From contig CAVORD010000006.1 of NCBI GenBank assembly GCA_963698535.1, forward strand, positions 26,881 to 90,880: a stretch of DNA of 64,000 nt, read 5' to 3'. Shown piece by piece: positions 42,097-52,854 of this stretch. The DNA comes from an uncultured Bacteroidales bacterium. Lineage in GTDB: Bacteria > Bacteroidota > Bacteroidia > Bacteroidales > VadinHA17. The notes beneath the pieces were generated by a model. That model was given only the letters and a program-made list of their open reading frames with translations. It did not search any database and had not been told where the DNA came from. The position numbers and the translations under genes were made by a program. The stretch's first letter is position 1. Each line of letters opens with the position of its first letter.

Positions 42097-43667
42097 ATGA
42101 GATCAACAGATGAACTAATCCTTGCAATTGATTCAGGAACCCAGTCGGTAAGGGCAGTACTTATCGACCTGTCGGGTAATATCCTGGAGATAGTAAAGAC
42201 AGAAATAGAACCGTATTTTTCAACGGGACCCGGCCTGGCCGAGCAACAGCCGGAATACTATCGCGATAAGATGTTCCTTACCTTGCGTAAATTATTCAAG
42301 GAGACAAAGTTCGAATCAGGAAGGATCAAAGCTGTAACAATAACTACTCAAAGAGGGATCGGTTGTAAATCTTGACAAAAATGGCAATTCGTTAAGGCCG
42401 GCAATTATCTGGCTTGATCAGCGACAGGCTGAAATCGGTAAATATCCCGGACCTTTGATGCAACTGGCCCTGAGGGCAGTGAATATGCGCGAGGCGGTAG
42501 TCCATGCAGTTAAAAACGGGGAGTGCAACTGGTTGATGCAAAACAGCCCTGAGGTATGGGAAAAGACAGATAAGTACCTGTTCCTATCCGGGTATCTCTC
42601 ATGGGCTCTTACAGGCGAGTTTAACGATTCAATCGGTAACACGGTTGGATATGTGCCATTCGACTACAGAAGTCATAAGTGGGCTCCGGAAAGCCATATG
42701 AACTATAAGATGTTCCCTGTGGAAAGGGAAAAGCTTGCCAATCTGGTAAGACCGTCGGAAACACTTGGATATATCAGTAAAGAAGCCTCAGAAATGACAG
42801 GTATACCTGTTGGATTACCATTAATAGCTGCCGCAGCTGATAAGGCTTGTGAAGTCCTCGGATCAGGAGTTATTTCCCCGGATGTTGCATGTTTAAGTTA
42901 TGGAACAACATCTACCGTTCAGACCACACACAGTAAGTATTTTGAGGTTATTCCTTTCTTTCCTCCATATCCAAGCGCCATACCCGATTTTTACAATACA
43001 GAGGTTATGATCTTCAGAGGATTCTGGATGATCAACTGGTTCAAGAATGAGTTTGGCCATAAGGAGGTACAGATAGCAGAGGAGACAGGCATAACACCAG
43101 AGGAGTTGTTTGACAGGATGATCGAAAAAATTCCGGCCGGATTCGATGGGATTGACCCTTCAGCCATACTGGTCGCCGGGAGTGAAGGTGCCCGGGACAG
43201 AAGCCAAAGGGAGTATTATCGGGTTCGGAGATGTCCATACAAGAGAACATATTTACAGGGCCATCCTTGAGGGTCTGGCATATTCCCTGAAGGAGGGATT
43301 GATAAGGACCGAAAAGCGGACCAAAACGAAAGTAAAAAAGATAATTGTATCGGGGGGAGGCTCACAGAGCAAGCAGGCGATGCAGCTTACTGCCGATATT
43401 TTTGACCTGGAGGCCTTCAGACCACATACTTATGAGACCTCAGCACTGGGAGCGGCTATCAACGCGGCGGTGGGTATGAAGTTCTTTAGCAGCTACACCG
43501 AGGCTGTTGATTCGATGACACGTCCGGGAGAGAGTTTTAAACCCCAAAAAGGAAATGTGGAAATTTACAGTAAGCTTTTTGACAGGGTCTACTCTAAGAT
43601 GTACAAGCAACTTCAGCCGCTCTATAAACAGATCAGGGATATAACAGGATACCCCGGCAAAATATAA
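42097..43667 (+). CDS. FGGY-family carbohydrate kinase (frameshifts ~42360 and ~43140)
   Basis: LAIDSGTQSVRA, TTQRG, IWLDQR, ADKACEVLG, SYGTT, RAILEGLAY, SGGGSQS and ETSALGAA motifs. Confidence 0.87.
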
Positions 43668-43788
43668 TGCTGGTAATTATTGGTTCGTGGAAACAGCCAT
43701 GGCTGAATGATCTCTTCATTCACGCACCGGAACAGGCTGTTTCTATTGGCTGTAAACCGTTTGTTAGCGGAGAATTATATCGTTCAGC

Positions 43789-45249
43789 CTAAAAATATTT
43801 TATTAAGGAGAACGTTTTGCTTCTGTTATAAATATTACCGTCGGCAAGGTCGGTGTTTATTCTGTTCAGGCTGTATTTCCTCTGAAAAGAAAACTGAATG
43901 TTGTTATACTTGAATCCGATCCCGGCCATTATGCCTGGTTCAGTTTTATAGTACTCCTCAGTATAATTGAAGTGAGACCCATCTTTAACGCCTTCGAAAT
44001 TATACCGGTAATATCCGCCTGCAAAAATGAATCCTGAAGGTTCGTTTAAGCTGGCAGTGGAGGTTCCGGCAACAATACTTATCTGTGGTGTCAGAGAGTG
44101 AAAACGTACTAATCCTGAGGCTGTCTTGCCACCCGTTAGCTCATATACCAATCCGGTCTGCAGGGCAAAGTGATTTGATAATTTAACCCAGGAGGTCAGC
44201 CCTGCTTCAAAGGATGAAACAGACTTACCATTGAAGAAATCATCTTTGTAAAGATGGAAATTGGATCCGGAGCTCAGGATCAGGCCAAATTGCACCCCGG
44301 GATCGGTAACATGTTTAATAAAGGCACTGTTGGTCTCCAGCGGTTCAATGGTAGCTAATTCAAAAACCATTGACGACAGCAGTTCAACGATCATTGACAT
44401 CCCTTTGTAGTCAAGGAGGTCACTGTCGTCCTCCGGTTTGTGATAGGGAGAGATCGTCCCGGTGGTAACGCTAACTGCAGGAGCACCTGCCTCACCAAAT
44501 GGCCAGGTGTCTGTCCTCATCTCAATGGAATTTTGAGATTTGGCTATAATTACTCCGGTTTCTTTCGCTTTCGATTCCAAAACAGCCTTACCTTGTTTAA
44601 TAGAGTTAATTCCCTTTATTTCTACTCCTCCTCTTTTCTCATACATGCCTACCATGTCAATACTGAACATCGCTTTTATTTGCGAAGGTTCAATGACTTT
44701 GTCCGTGACAAATGCTGAGGAGCCTATCAGTCCACTCTCCTCGCCATCGAAAGCCACAATGAGAACAGTTCTTTTCAGATCGCCCCTGACGGACATCAGA
44801 TACCTGCCTGTCTCTATTATTGCAGCCACACCTGAAGCGTTGTCATCAGCTCCGTTGTAAACCACTAAAATACTGTCCATCATTTTCTTACCAAGGTGAT
44901 CGTAGTGAGCTCCAAGTATAATATATTCATCCTTCAGCAGCGGATCGGACCCCTCGATTACCCCGATAATGTTTTGACCTTCCACCTCATTAACACCTGA
45001 CAGATGCTTGAAATCAACAATATAGGATGATCCTTTTTTAGCAAAGCCCGCATTATTGAATTCAGTGGTTATGTAATCAATAGAGAGGGCTTTGTCAGGC
45101 GACTGAAACCCCCTGCCTCCCAGGGAGTCGGATGCCAGAATCTCCACATGTCGTCTTAACGACTGTTCAATCTGTGGGTTTTGGCCCGATAGCTGGAGCA
45201 AGGAAACAAGAATTATCAATGTCGCAAATGCAGTTGCTTTTTTCATCAA
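43789..45249 (-). CDS. M28 family metallopeptidase fused to C-terminal outer-membrane beta-barrel
   Basis: LASDSLGGR, GAHYDHLG, GADDNASG, FDGEESGL, SIDMVG, YHKPED; last ~170 aa are amphipathic strands ending ...LIKYF. Confidence 0.85.
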   Translation of the reverse strand: MMKKATAFATLIILVSLLQLSGQNPQIEQSLRRHVEILASDSLGGRGFQSPDKALSIDYITTEFNNAGFAKKGSSYIVDFKHLSGVNEVEGQNIIGVIEGSDPLLKDEYIILGAHYDHLGKKMMDSILVVYNGADDNASGVAAIIETGRYLMSVRGDLKRTVLIVAFDGEESGLIGSSAFVTDKVIEPSQIKAMFSIDMVGMYEKRGGVEIKGINSIKQGKAVLESKAKETGVIIAKSQNSIEMRTDTWPFGEAGAPAVSVTTGTISPYHKPEDDSDLLDYKGMSMIVELLSSMVFELATIEPLETNSAFIKHVTDPGVQFGLILSSGSNFHLYKDDFFNGKSVSSFEAGLTSWVKLSNHFALQTGLVYELTGGKTASGLVRFHSLTPQISIVAGTSTASLNEPSGFIFAGGYYRYNFEGVKDGSHFNYTEEYYKTEPGIMAGIGFKYNNIQFSFQRKYSLNRINTDLADGNIYNRSKTFSLIKYF

Positions 45250-45377
45250 TTATGAGATTGGTAAGTAGTCTTTCACAGTTTTCAATAGAGAGGACAATAG
45301 AAGATGAAATATACAAATCATTTTTCTTTTTGAATTGTGGATTAGAGTTTTTTCCAATGTGTATTGTTGCCTCCTAA

Positions 45378-45955
45378 CTCCTCGTGATCCTGTGGGAGGG
45401 TTTGACCGGAAGAAAAGCCTGTTTGCAATGTCTGGACAGGATTACTCGTCGCTCTTCACCCGCCATAGCCTTTGGCAGAGGCGGGATGCTCCTCGTGATC
45501 CTGTGGGAGGGTTTGACCGGAAGAAAAGCCTGTTTGCAATGCCTGGACAGGATTACTCGTCGCTCTTCACCCGCCATAGCCTTTGGCAGAGGCGGGATGC
45601 TCCTCGTGATCCGGTGGGAAAGTTTGACCGGAAGAAAAGCCTGTTTGCAATGCCTGGACAGGATTACTCGTCGCTCTTCACCCGCCATAGCCTTTGGCAG
45701 AGGCGGGATGCTCCTCGTGATCCTGAGGTTGGGTTCAATCGGAAGAAAAGCTTGTTTCCAATACCCGGACAGGATTACTCGTCGCTCTTCACCCGCCATA
45801 GCCTTTGGCAGAGGCGGGATGCTCCTCGTGATCCTGTAGGAGGGTTCAATCGGAAGAAAAGCTTGTTTCCAATACCCGGACAGGATTACTCGTCGCTCTT
45901 CACCCGCCATAGCCTTTGGCAGAGGCGGGATGCTCCTCGTGATCCTGTAGGAGGT
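45378..45955 (-). repeat. Tandem array, ~5.2 copies of a 111-bp unit downstream of tRNA-Pro
   Basis: CTCCTCGTGATCC recurs at 45378, 45489, 45600, 45711, 45822 and 45933; each unit holds the hairpin CCCGCC-ATAGCCTTTGGCAGA-GGCGGG; two sequence variants. Confidence 0.96.
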
Positions 45956-45960
45956 TGATT

Positions 45961-46083
45961 CAAAGAGAAAAAGGTCACAGCCTTCGGCTGCTGGCCCTTT
46001 GTTTTTTTCACCCGCTTTCAGGTGCAAGCACCTGACGCTGTAAAAACAAAAGGCCAGAATAAATTCTGACCTTTTTCTCTTTG
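45961..46083 (-). terminator. tRNA-Pro terminator embedded in a 123-nt long hairpin
   Basis: Minus strand AAAAGGTCAGAAT-tt-ATTCTGGCCTTTT-GTTTTT; perfect 17-bp outer arms at 45961-45977 and 46067-46083. Confidence 0.75.
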
Positions 46084-46158
<75 letters not shown>

Positions 46159-46372
46159 CAATTATATCTGCGGTTAATCGAGGTGCAAAAATAGGAAAGC
46201 TATTTCAAAAATCAATAGATAATAGAAAAATAAAAAATAATAATTCAATATAGGAAATGATCCCTTTATAAAGCATCTGGATTAGCATATTAAAGGCAAT
46301 GTTAACATATTAACAATGAGGCACTTCGTTTTGTTTGGGATGAAAGTTGTATGGAGTTACCTCAAATAGATA

Positions 46373-47035
46373 TTAGCTGCGTATTTTCTTAATAATTGCA
46401 ATTGTCTCTGCAACTTTTATTGTAAGTGGTGACATATTATTTCCTGAAAGCATATCTGAAGTAATAAGCTTCGAACCTATACCAACGCATTTAACACCTG
46501 CTTTGAACCACGAAGACAAATTCTCCTCATTCGGAATAACACCTCCGGTAGGCATGATACTGGTCCATGGCATTGGTCCAAGAACGGCTTTCACAAAATC
46601 TGGTCCACCCACCTGTTCGCCAGGAAAGATTTTAACGATCTCAGCACCAAGTTCATGGGCTATGCTTATTTCGGTTACGGTCCCACAACCGGGAATCCAT
46701 AAAACTTTCCTCTTGTTGCAAACCCTTGCCGTTCCCTTGTCAATTAACGGGGCGACAATAAATCCGGCTCCCAGTGAAAGATAAAGAGCTGCAGTCCCTT
46801 CATCAATAACGGAACCTACCCCCAAAACCATTTCCGGACATTCCACCTTTGCCCATTTGTTTAGTTCCGAGAATAATTCAGCCGCAAAATCACCTCTGTT
46901 GGTGAATTCGAATACCCTGGAACCACCATTATAACAAGCCTTTATAACCGCTTTGCAAACCTCCGGGCGGGGATCATAAAAGACCGGAACAAGACCGTTC
47001 TCCTCCATTTTGAGCGCAACTTCTAATCTATTCAT
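46373..47035 (-). CDS. eda: KDPG/KHG aldolase
   Basis: LVPVFY, FEFTNRG, GVGSV, PGCGTVTEI, VKIFPG and MPTGGV motifs. Confidence 0.92.
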   Translation of the reverse strand: MNRLEVALKMEENGLVPVFYDPRPEVCKAVIKACYNGGSRVFEFTNRGDFAAELFSELNKWAKVECPEMVLGVGSVIDEGTAALYLSLGAGFIVAPLIDKGTARVCNKRKVLWIPGCGTVTEISIAHELGAEIVKIFPGEQVGGPDFVKAVLGPMPWTSIMPTGGVIPNEENLSSWFKAGVKCVGIGSKLITSDMLSGNNMSPLTIKVAETIAIIKKIRS

Positions 47036-47068
47036 TGGAATAATATATGAATTTATCTGTAATTGTGT

Positions 47069-48106
47069 TCATCTTGAGACTCTGCCAGAGCCATCACCGG
47101 TCATAAGTTTTTCGACCTCATCCACACTTATCTGGTTAAAATCGCCGTAAATGGTATGTTTCAGACAGGAGGCGGCGACAGCAAAGTCGAGTGCCTTCTG
47201 ATCATTGCCCTTGAATGAGAGTAACCCGTAAATAAGGCCACCCATAAATGAATCTCCACCTCCTACACGGTCAACGATATGGGTTATCTGGTACTCGTGT
47301 GAGGTGAAGAGTTTCTTACCGTCCCAGAATACTCCGGACCAGGTGTTATGACTTGCACTTACAGATCCACGAAGAGTGGTTATTACTTTCTTACATCGAG
47401 GGAATCTCTTCATGATTTTCCTAGAAACGTCAATATAAGCTTCAGCGGTTACCTCTCCTTTGGTAATATCGATACCTTCCGGTTTAATCCCCAGGACCTT
47501 TTCAGCGTCCTCTTCGTTACCGAGAATAATGTCTGTACCTGCTATCAATTCAGGCATTACCTCACCTGCTTTCTTCCCGTATTTCCAGAGATTCTTCCTG
47601 TAGTTAAGATCACACGAGACCGTTATTCCCAACCTGTTAGCAACCTTAATGGCCTCCAGGCAACAATCGGCCGCTCCCTGTGATATTGCGGGGGTTATTC
47701 CCGTCCAGTGAAACCATGTTGCACCTGTGAAAATCTTGTCCCAATCCAGGGAGTCCTTGTTTATTTGAGAAACTGATGAATCGGCTCGGTCGTATATTAC
47801 CTTGCTGCCACGTGCAACGGCCCCAGTCTCAAGGAAGTAGATGCCAATCCTCTCACCACCACGAATGATTTCAGATACACCAACACCAAATTTGCGAAGG
47901 TCCATTATACAGGCTTCAGCAATATCGTTCTGTGGTAACCTGGTAACGAAATCAACAGGTATGCCGAAATTAGCAAGTGATACAGCAACGTTTGCTTCTC
48001 CTCCCCCAAAGGAGGCATTGAAACTATTGCTCTGTGAAAATCTCAAATAATCAGGCGTTGCAAGCCTGAGCATTATTTCTCCGAATGTTACTACTTTCAT
48101 CATCAA
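47069..48106 (-). CDS. kdgK: 2-keto-3-deoxygluconate kinase (PfkB family)
   Basis: VVTFGEIMLRL, GGGEANVA, VIYDRA, DLNYRKNLW and DRVGGGDSF motifs. Confidence 0.92.
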   Translation of the reverse strand: MMMKVVTFGEIMLRLATPDYLRFSQSNSFNASFGGGEANVAVSLANFGIPVDFVTRLPQNDIAEACIMDLRKFGVGVSEIIRGGERIGIYFLETGAVARGSKVIYDRADSSVSQINKDSLDWDKIFTGATWFHWTGITPAISQGAADCCLEAIKVANRLGITVSCDLNYRKNLWKYGKKAGEVMPELIAGTDIILGNEEDAEKVLGIKPEGIDITKGEVTAEAYIDVSRKIMKRFPRCKKVITTLRGSVSASHNTWSGVFWDGKKLFTSHEYQITHIVDRVGGGDSFMGGLIYGLLSFKGNDQKALDFAVAASCLKHTIYGDFNQISVDEVEKLMTGDGSGRVSR

Positions 48107-48187
48107 GAATTATATGAGTCAGAAAAGATTCAGGGGTCCTGGGCCTATTTCTGTATTAAAGTTAAGGTAATTCTCACAAATTCAATT

Positions 48188-48940
48188 CTAGGAAAAATAG
48201 AGTCCACCGTTTATATCAATATTTGTACCGGTAACAAAGGATGATTCGTCACTGGCCAGGTATGCAACAAGATCAGCAATCTCCTTGGCCTCACCCTCTC
48301 TTCTGAGGGGTGTACCTGCAGCAACATTCTTTCTTATCTCATCCTTGGTGAAAGTGTCATGGAATGTCGTCGCAATCATACCCGGGCAAAGCGCATTGAC
48401 TCTGATCCCCTTAGGTCCCAGTTCCTTCGCCATAGCTCTTGTGAAGGTCATCACTGCACCTTTGGCTGTTGCATAGGCTGAGGCACCACCACCGCCACCA
48501 TCACGACCTGCCTGTGAGGCAAAGTTTATCACAGATCCTCCGTTTGACATAAGTGGGGCAGTTGCCTTCATTGTCATGAAAACAGTCTTCAGATTGAGGG
48601 TCATTAGAAGATCCCAGAAGTTGGAGTCCATTTCGGCAAGTGTTTTTCTTGCTACCAGTCCACCAGCAACATTCACCAGGATGTCTACCTTCCCGCCAAA
48701 TGTTTCAACCGCTTTATTGACAAGACCTTCAACATCGGCCTCCTTTGTCATGTCGCCCTGATAGATAACGGCTTTTCCTCCTTTCTCTGTTATGAGCTTT
48801 AATGTCACCTGAGCATCTGCTTCATTGTCGAAGTAGTTAACAACCACATATGCACCTTCTGCTGCAAGTTTAAGAGACACCTGTCTTCCAATATCGCGTG
48901 CTCCTCCTGTTACTATCGCGACTTTTCCTTTTAATTTCAT
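48188..48940 (-). CDS. SDR oxidoreductase, probable DEH (4-deoxy-L-erythro-5-hexoseulose uronate) reductase
   Basis: TGGARDIG, NVAGGL, YATAK, RVNALCPG; position within an alginate PUL. Confidence 0.82.
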   Translation of the reverse strand: MKLKGKVAIVTGGARDIGRQVSLKLAAEGAYVVVNYFDNEADAQVTLKLITEKGGKAVIYQGDMTKEADVEGLVNKAVETFGGKVDILVNVAGGLVARKTLAEMDSNFWDLLMTLNLKTVFMTMKATAPLMSNGGSVINFASQAGRDGGGGGASAYATAKGAVMTFTRAMAKELGPKGIRVNALCPGMIATTFHDTFTKDEIRKNVAAGTPLRREGEAKEIADLVAYLASDESSFVTGTNIDINGGLYFS

Positions 48941-48963
48941 AGTGTAAATTTTAGAGTTATTAT

Positions 48964-50238
48964 TTAATCAATTTCTTCCACCGGGGCTATTCTTTTTGCA
49001 AAGAAGTAGATGGCTGCAACGCCACAAGGGACAAAGGCAGCAATCATTATAAAAATTGGAGTATATGATACTTTTGATATAGCCGGAACCAAAAAGTTCA
49101 TGATTATTACTGCAAATACCCCAACTGAACCTCCAATGCCTGCAAGGCTACCTACAGACTTCCCGTAAAACAGGTCACTGGGTATGGTTTGGATGTTGCC
49201 AATGGCGAACTGGAATCCGAAGAGCACGAATGCTACTATGACCACGAATTTCAGTGGGGTGTTGGCATAGAATATTGTTGCAATCAGGCCAAGAAACATT
49301 ATTACCCCTCCTATTGTAATTGCTGTTTTCCTAGCCCTGTTAATTGATGCACCCTTAGAAATCAAACGCCCTGAATAGAAACCGCCTGATATGCTGCCGA
49401 TTGCAGCACCAACAAATGGAACCCAGGCAAAAAACCCTATCTGTTTCACGTCGAAACCATAAACATCGGCCAGATAAAGTGGCATCCAACCAACGAAGAG
49501 CCACCAGAGGGGTTCCAGAAAGAGGCGGGAGATAAGAACAGCCCAGGAAGCCCTGTATGAAAGAATTTTTCTCAATGACAGCCCTTTGGCACCTTCATTG
49601 GTGTTCTCTTTTTTATGCTGGCCCGAAAGTATAAACTCCCTTTCTTCTTCAGTAATCCATGGATGTTTCTTTGGTCCGGCCTTGTTTATTATGAGCCATG
49701 GAATTAGCCAGAGGATACCAAAGGAACCGACGACCATAAATGTTACTTTCCAGCCAAAAGCCGCCCAGAGAATGGCAATAAGAGGTGGAGCAATAACTGA
49801 TCCGATGGAGGCTCCGGCATTAAAGAGACCCTGAGCCACAGCCCTCTCTTTAATGGGAAACCACTCTGCATTGCTTTTGGCTGCTCCGGGCCAGTTTCCT
49901 GCTTCTCCCAATCCAAGAGTAATCCTGAAGAATCCAAATGAAAGAATTCCTCGGGCTATGGAGTGAAAGAAGGAGGAGAAACCCCATATAGCTATAGCAA
50001 TTACATATCCGATTCTTGTTCCCACTTTGTCGAACACTTTCCCGGAAAGTAGCTGTCCCACGGCATAGGCAACCATAAACAGGTTAAGAATAATCGCATA
50101 ATCACTTTTGGTCATACCCAGTTCTTCAGAAATAGATGGCCACATCATGGCCAGGGTACTCCTGTCAATATAGTTAATGATAGTTGCAAGCCCAATTAGG
50201 CCTATTATCCACCAACGTAATCCTTTTACTTTCATCAC
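48964..50238 (-). CDS. MFS hexuronate transporter (ExuT-like)
   Basis: RWWIIGLI.LATIINYIDR, GLGEAGNWPG, EWFP.KERA.AQGLFNAG; about 12 TM segments. Confidence 0.88.
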   Translation of the reverse strand: MMKVKGLRWWIIGLIGLATIINYIDRSTLAMMWPSISEELGMTKSDYAIILNLFMVAYAVGQLLSGKVFDKVGTRIGYVIAIAIWGFSSFFHSIARGILSFGFFRITLGLGEAGNWPGAAKSNAEWFPIKERAVAQGLFNAGASIGSVIAPPLIAILWAAFGWKVTFMVVGSFGILWLIPWLIINKAGPKKHPWITEEEREFILSGQHKKENTNEGAKGLSLRKILSYRASWAVLISRLFLEPLWWLFVGWMPLYLADVYGFDVKQIGFFAWVPFVGAAIGSISGGFYSGRLISKGASINRARKTAITIGGVIMFLGLIATIFYANTPLKFVVIVAFVLFGFQFAIGNIQTIPSDLFYGKSVGSLAGIGGSVGVFAVIIMNFLVPAISKVSYTPIFIMIAAFVPCGVAAIYFFAKRIAPVEEID

Positions 50239-50241
50239 TTA

Positions 50242-50607
50242 TTATTTATTTCCAAAATAGGCTACTTTACTACCGTCGAGAAAATCCATCCTGACAGGAC
50301 TAAATACATCGATGAGCATTCCTTCTTCGACACAAATAGCAGTATGTGGTATTGTGGGAGGAATATAGAACGAGTCACCTCCTTTTAGAACGGTTTTCTC
50401 ATCGCCGATTGTGACTTCGAATACACCAGATACCACATATGTTGTTTGAGAATGGAAGTGATGGTGCAGCGCTCCAACAGCGCCCTTTTCAAACTTAACC
50501 TTCACCATCATTATCTGAGTATTATATCCCAGTATTTGTCTGGAAACACCGCCTCCCAGCTGTTCCCAAACGATATCATTTGCCTTTAAGAATTTTTTAC
50601 TTTCCAT
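50242..50607 (-). CDS. kdgF: KdgF-like cupin
   Basis: GVSRQILGY, HHHFHSQTTYV.SG.FE, PHTA.C.EEG.LIDVFSPVR.DF. Confidence 0.87.
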   Translation of the reverse strand: MESKKFLKANDIVWEQLGGGVSRQILGYNTQIMMVKVKFEKGAVGALHHHFHSQTTYVVSGVFEVTIGDEKTVLKGGDSFYIPPTIPHTAICVEEGMLIDVFSPVRMDFLDGSKVAYFGNK

Positions 50608-52847
50608 TATTTCTTATTTTTTATAAATATTTCAACGGGGCCTTCCCATTCATAAAGTGAGCCACCAATGTTGATTGAGTGCGCCTTATGAATATCGCTA
50701 TTATTATTCGAAAACAGTAATTGAATAGTACTTCCTGATAAGGATACAATTTCAACCGCGCTATACTTTTCATCGCTGTATAAGGTTTTCAGTTCCTTTA
50801 TTCCGCCATAAAGATTCCCGGTAATTTCTGTCTCCGGATTTCTTGATCCATGAGGTTCAATTACAGAGAAGAAGAGATGGTTATCCCTCCCTTTTACCCT
50901 TCTTATTAATGCAGGCTCGTTTCTCAGGTTAAAGCTGGGGTCTGTAGCACCAATTTTAGCAAAGAGAATTCTTGTCTCATTGTCCGCCTCAAAATGGTAA
51001 GTATAAAATCTGTTGTCATTAAGCCAGACAAGTCGCTGGCTGTTTTTGTTTGATTTGGCTTCTGCTTCCAGCCACAGGTGCTGATATCCATTACTTTCTC
51101 CAACTCTTCTTCTTGCGGAATCATAAGGGGTATATGGGAAATCGGTGCCCATAATGTGACCCATATAGTAAAGTGGCAGGTCGTATTGGTGGAGTGATGA
51201 GGAAGTAACACGAAAAATATCGGCAACAACAGGGAACTCAAACAGTTCTTCGATAGATATTACAGCTACTGTCCTGTGGAATTCAACACCCTTGTATGCA
51301 AACTTCTCTTTCGCACTCATCACCTTAATGGCTGGTTTGGAAATTGAAAAGAAGAACTTTTCGGCGTCGGTTTTTGAAGCCCTCGAAATGTTTCCGTCGA
51401 ATTGTGACTTCTCGTCAACAGTTACAGTATTATGTGCTATTGTCTGGTTGGCCCAGGTATCGTTCTCAGGAAGATAACGGCCACCCTCTTTCTGAAGCAC
51501 ATTAACAAATCTGGCTGCTCCATAATCCTGAACAATCTCATTCCCTTTGTCGTAAAACATGATACCAAGACGATCGAAATGGCCGTGAGAAAGTCCATGG
51601 GATGGATACTTCATTACAACACATCCGCTTCCTGCCCCGGGGCCAAACCGGAGAATGCCTAATCCACCCTTGTCACCTGCAGCTCCATCGGATAGCTCGA
51701 TGGATTTCCAAGCAAATGGCATCTCTTCCATGTTTTTCAGAGCATTTGCTACTTCATACCCTGCTTGATTTAAAACCACCTTCCCCTGTAACTTAGCTAA
51801 CCCCAGGAGTGTTGGATCTTTGCCACAGAGGGAATAAACAACGTCGACGGCATTAATCATTTCAGGTGAATGAAACGACATCTCCTTCATCGCATCGTTT
51901 ATTGGGAAAAATCTGCCATCGCTGTTTGTAAGCTGGAGCGTTGTAAGGACAGCCTTCTCCAGGATTCGATCGCGGTATTGAAATATATCTAATTCGGGCT
52001 GATGATTTTCAATAGCCTGTGCAAAAAGCACAAAGGGAAGAAGCGCATAACGCTGATAATATGGGCCTTCCGTGTAATACCCATCAGGAGAAAAGAGTTC
52101 GTTTAGTTGGGTTAGAAATCCTGCATTCTTCTCATCCCCAACACCCTGAAATGCTCTATCGATAAGTTCTTGATTGTTTATAGCGTAGCCTGTCATCCCT
52201 ACAGCGGCTGTCGCCCAGACACCATGGTTGTGAATGCGGTTGAACACCTGAGGTGTCTCAACGGATAGGAAATTGGCATATGGGAGGAGCAAATCCCTTT
52301 CGATTATTTCTCTTTCCGACCCGGAAAGAAAATTATATATACAATCGTACCCCTGGATAGAGTAGACCATCCAAACCGCATCGTTGAGAGATTGCCAGAA
52401 TAATTTCCCAGTAGCATAGGACCGATTTACAGGATGAAGTTCAAGAGTAGGATAGAGCCTGGCATACTCCAGCAGCATATCACGGGCATAGATTGCATAC
52501 TTTTTGTCTCCAGTTATTTGATAGAGTATCCCTGCACCATTAAGCGCAATATAATTGTCCTTGTGCCTCTCGTGAGTATATGCTCCTGCCGGATCAACAG
52601 GAACAGGAACCTTGATTCCACTACTGATCTCTTCATCCAGTTTTTTCTTCAGATCATTTACCATCTGTTCGATGAGAGGAAGCTTATTAAGGGATTTATT
52701 AATATTTCTTGCTCCTTGTGATGTGAGTATCAGATTCGGATGAGCACTTTTGTTTTTTTTGGTGCCGACCATATCAATGCAGGACATGGTTGCCGATGAA
52801 AGCATCAGAATGATAAGCAGAATTGTCTTTAAAACCAGAGCCCTCAT
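50607..52847 (-). CDS. PL17 oligo-alginate lyase (alginate lyase + heparinase II/III domains)
   Basis: GAYTHERHK.NY, LFWQSLND, IHNHG.W, DGYYTEGPYYQRYA, HGHFD, DYGAARF, QTIAHNT. Confidence 0.9.
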   Translation of the reverse strand: MRALVLKTILLIILMLSSATMSCIDMVGTKKNKSAHPNLILTSQGARNINKSLNKLPLIEQMVNDLKKKLDEEISSGIKVPVPVDPAGAYTHERHKDNYIALNGAGILYQITGDKKYAIYARDMLLEYARLYPTLELHPVNRSYATGKLFWQSLNDAVWMVYSIQGYDCIYNFLSGSEREIIERDLLLPYANFLSVETPQVFNRIHNHGVWATAAVGMTGYAINNQELIDRAFQGVGDEKNAGFLTQLNELFSPDGYYTEGPYYQRYALLPFVLFAQAIENHQPELDIFQYRDRILEKAVLTTLQLTNSDGRFFPINDAMKEMSFHSPEMINAVDVVYSLCGKDPTLLGLAKLQGKVVLNQAGYEVANALKNMEEMPFAWKSIELSDGAAGDKGGLGILRFGPGAGSGCVVMKYPSHGLSHGHFDRLGIMFYDKGNEIVQDYGAARFVNVLQKEGGRYLPENDTWANQTIAHNTVTVDEKSQFDGNISRASKTDAEKFFFSISKPAIKVMSAKEKFAYKGVEFHRTVAVISIEELFEFPVVADIFRVTSSSLHQYDLPLYYMGHIMGTDFPYTPYDSARRRVGESNGYQHLWLEAEAKSNKNSQRLVWLNDNRFYTYHFEADNETRILFAKIGATDPSFNLRNEPALIRRVKGRDNHLFFSVIEPHGSRNPETEITGNLYGGIKELKTLYSDEKYSAVEIVSLSGSTIQLLFSNNNSDIHKAHSINIGGSLYEWEGPVEIFIKNKK

Positions 52848-52854
52848 TATAAAT

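Noticed and set aside
45335-46027. Repeat-protein ORFs 45335..45958 (+), 45374..46027 (-) and 45384..45839 (+)
   Set aside because: They stay open only because the 111-bp unit is a multiple of 3 and lacks stops in several frames; there are no credible starts and the DNA is hairpin-rich.
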